In this document: positions 62,470 to 64,000 of the stretch, in pieces | Layout of the letters: each line of letters begins with the position of its first letter | Numbering within the stretch: position 1 is the first letter of the stretch | Assembly: GCA_951406725.2 (NCBI GenBank) | Contig: OX597818.1 | Span: 124,682,001 to 124,746,000 of the forward strand | Direction of reading: 5' to 3' | DNA from: Octopus vulgaris | Lineage: Eukaryota | Length of the DNA stretch: 64,000 nucleotides | Notes under the pieces: generated by a model | The model's input: only the letters and a program-made list of their open reading frames with translations | Database searches by the model: none | Told to the model about the DNA's origin: nothing | Translations under genes and position numbers: made by a program

Positions 62470-64000
62470 GGTTAGATGAATGTATGTTATTAAGACATTG
62501 TCTTTGCTGCTAGATGTTCTTCCTGTTGCTAACCATAAATTATTTTTCAGATAAGGGGGGTGGGGTTTCTTTCTACTCATCTTCGAAAGTACAATGCTAC
62601 AAGATGATTTGTTGACTGACAAATATCCACAAATATCACCATCTGTAGTTCAGCAATTTTTTTTTTTACTGCACTTATTCTAAACATTCACATACACACA
62701 GTTATGTGATGCATGCAGTCATACACTTAGATGATGCTTTGTACAATTTCCATATAATATAGAAAGGGTAATGATTGGGTGTATTGAGTACAGGATAGTG
62801 TGGGGTGAGTGAATACATGTAGTTACTGTGCCATCCCTCTTTTTACAGGTGGCATGGACCAGTTACATTTTACAGATGACATGGAGGGTGAGTGATTTTC
62901 AGAGAAACAGGAGGATCAAGCATGTCTGATGGCATACCTACACAGACAGCATGGTACAATGAATAGGGGAGATTGAATAGGTGGCGAGCTGGCAGAAACA
63001 TTAGCACGCCAGGCGAGATGCGTAGCCGTATTTCGTCTGCCGTTACGTTCTGAGTTCAAGTTCCGCCGAGGTCGACTTTGCCTTTCATACTTCGGGGTTG
63101 ATAAATTAAGTACCAGTTACACACTGGGGTCGATGTAATCGACTTAATCCCTTTGTCTGTCCTTGTTCGTCCCCTCTATGTTTAGCCCCTTGTGGGTAAT
63201 AAAGAAACAGAATAGGGGAGATTGAGTGTTATCTAATATAATGAACAAAAGAGGGCAAGTGCTGGAGAGATGAGTTTAAATGTGTTAAAATGGCTAAACT
63301 ATCAGAAACAGGATTTACTGCCAGAATTATTTCTCAGTAGAAGGCGCATGGTTAGAGTGTTGGGCTCACAATCATGAGGTAGCACGTTCAGTTCCCAGAC
63401 AGTGTTGTATGTTGTGTTCTTGAGCAAGGCACTTTATTTCACGTTGCTCCTGCTCACTCAGCTGTAGAAATGAGTTGTGATGTCACTGATGCCAAGCTCA
63501 TCGGTCTTTGCTTTTTCCTTGGATAACATTGGTGGTGTGGAAGGTGGTAAGCTGGCAGAAACGTTAGCATGCCAGGTGAAATGCATAGCAGTATTTCATC
63601 TGTCTTTTATGTTCTGCGTTCAAATTCCGCCAAAGTCGACTTTGCCTTTCACCCTTTTGGGGTTGATAAATTAAGTACCATTTGCATACTGGGGTCGATG
63701 TAATTGACTGCCTCCCTCCCCCAAAATTTCAGGCCTTGTGCCTTGAGTAGAAAAGAATATTGGTGGTGTGGAGAGGGGAGATTGGCATGCATGGGAGACT
63801 GGTCTTTCATAAACAACCTTGCCCAGACTTGTGCCTCGAAGAGGAACTTTCTAGGTGCAATCCCATGATCATTGATGACCAAAGAGGGTCTTTACCCTTT
63901 ATCTTATTATACAGTACTGACAGTAGTAGCTATTATACAATACTGTCTGTGGCTATAGATTACAAAACTATTAACCTTTTGAGGACTAGTAAAAGAGCAT

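Overview
AT-rich, repeat-dense metazoan genomic DNA. The SINE families suggest a coleoid cephalopod, probably Octopus; this is inference, not a database match. Three host-gene elements were read by hand. (1) Ten coding exons of CCZ1 (Mon1-Ccz1 Rab7 GEF subunit) on +, 26379-60705, all GT-AG and phase-compatible, with the 3' end outside the window. (2) An unidentified head-to-head gene on -, with a start exon at 26155-26179 and a 240-nt exon at 15669-15908; its ATG is 200 nt from the CCZ1 ATG and an RFX X-box lies nearby. (3) A full-length U2 snRNA gene (23254-~23444) with PSE- and 3'-box-like flanks, inside that gene's first intron and bracketed by same-family Helitrons. The rest is transposon debris: Penelope-like elements, Tx1-like, RTE, CR1/L2 and HERO-like LINEs, maT, mariner, hAT, Merlin and piggyBac elements, Helitrons, four tRNA-SINE families and microsatellites. 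The strongest non-coding signals are several hammerhead-ribozyme motifs, including a ~350-bp tandem-plus-inverted array, and a possible composite Helitron carrying U2. Most ORFs in the supplied track are spurious. Repeat boundaries are approximate unless a TSD or terminus is quoted.
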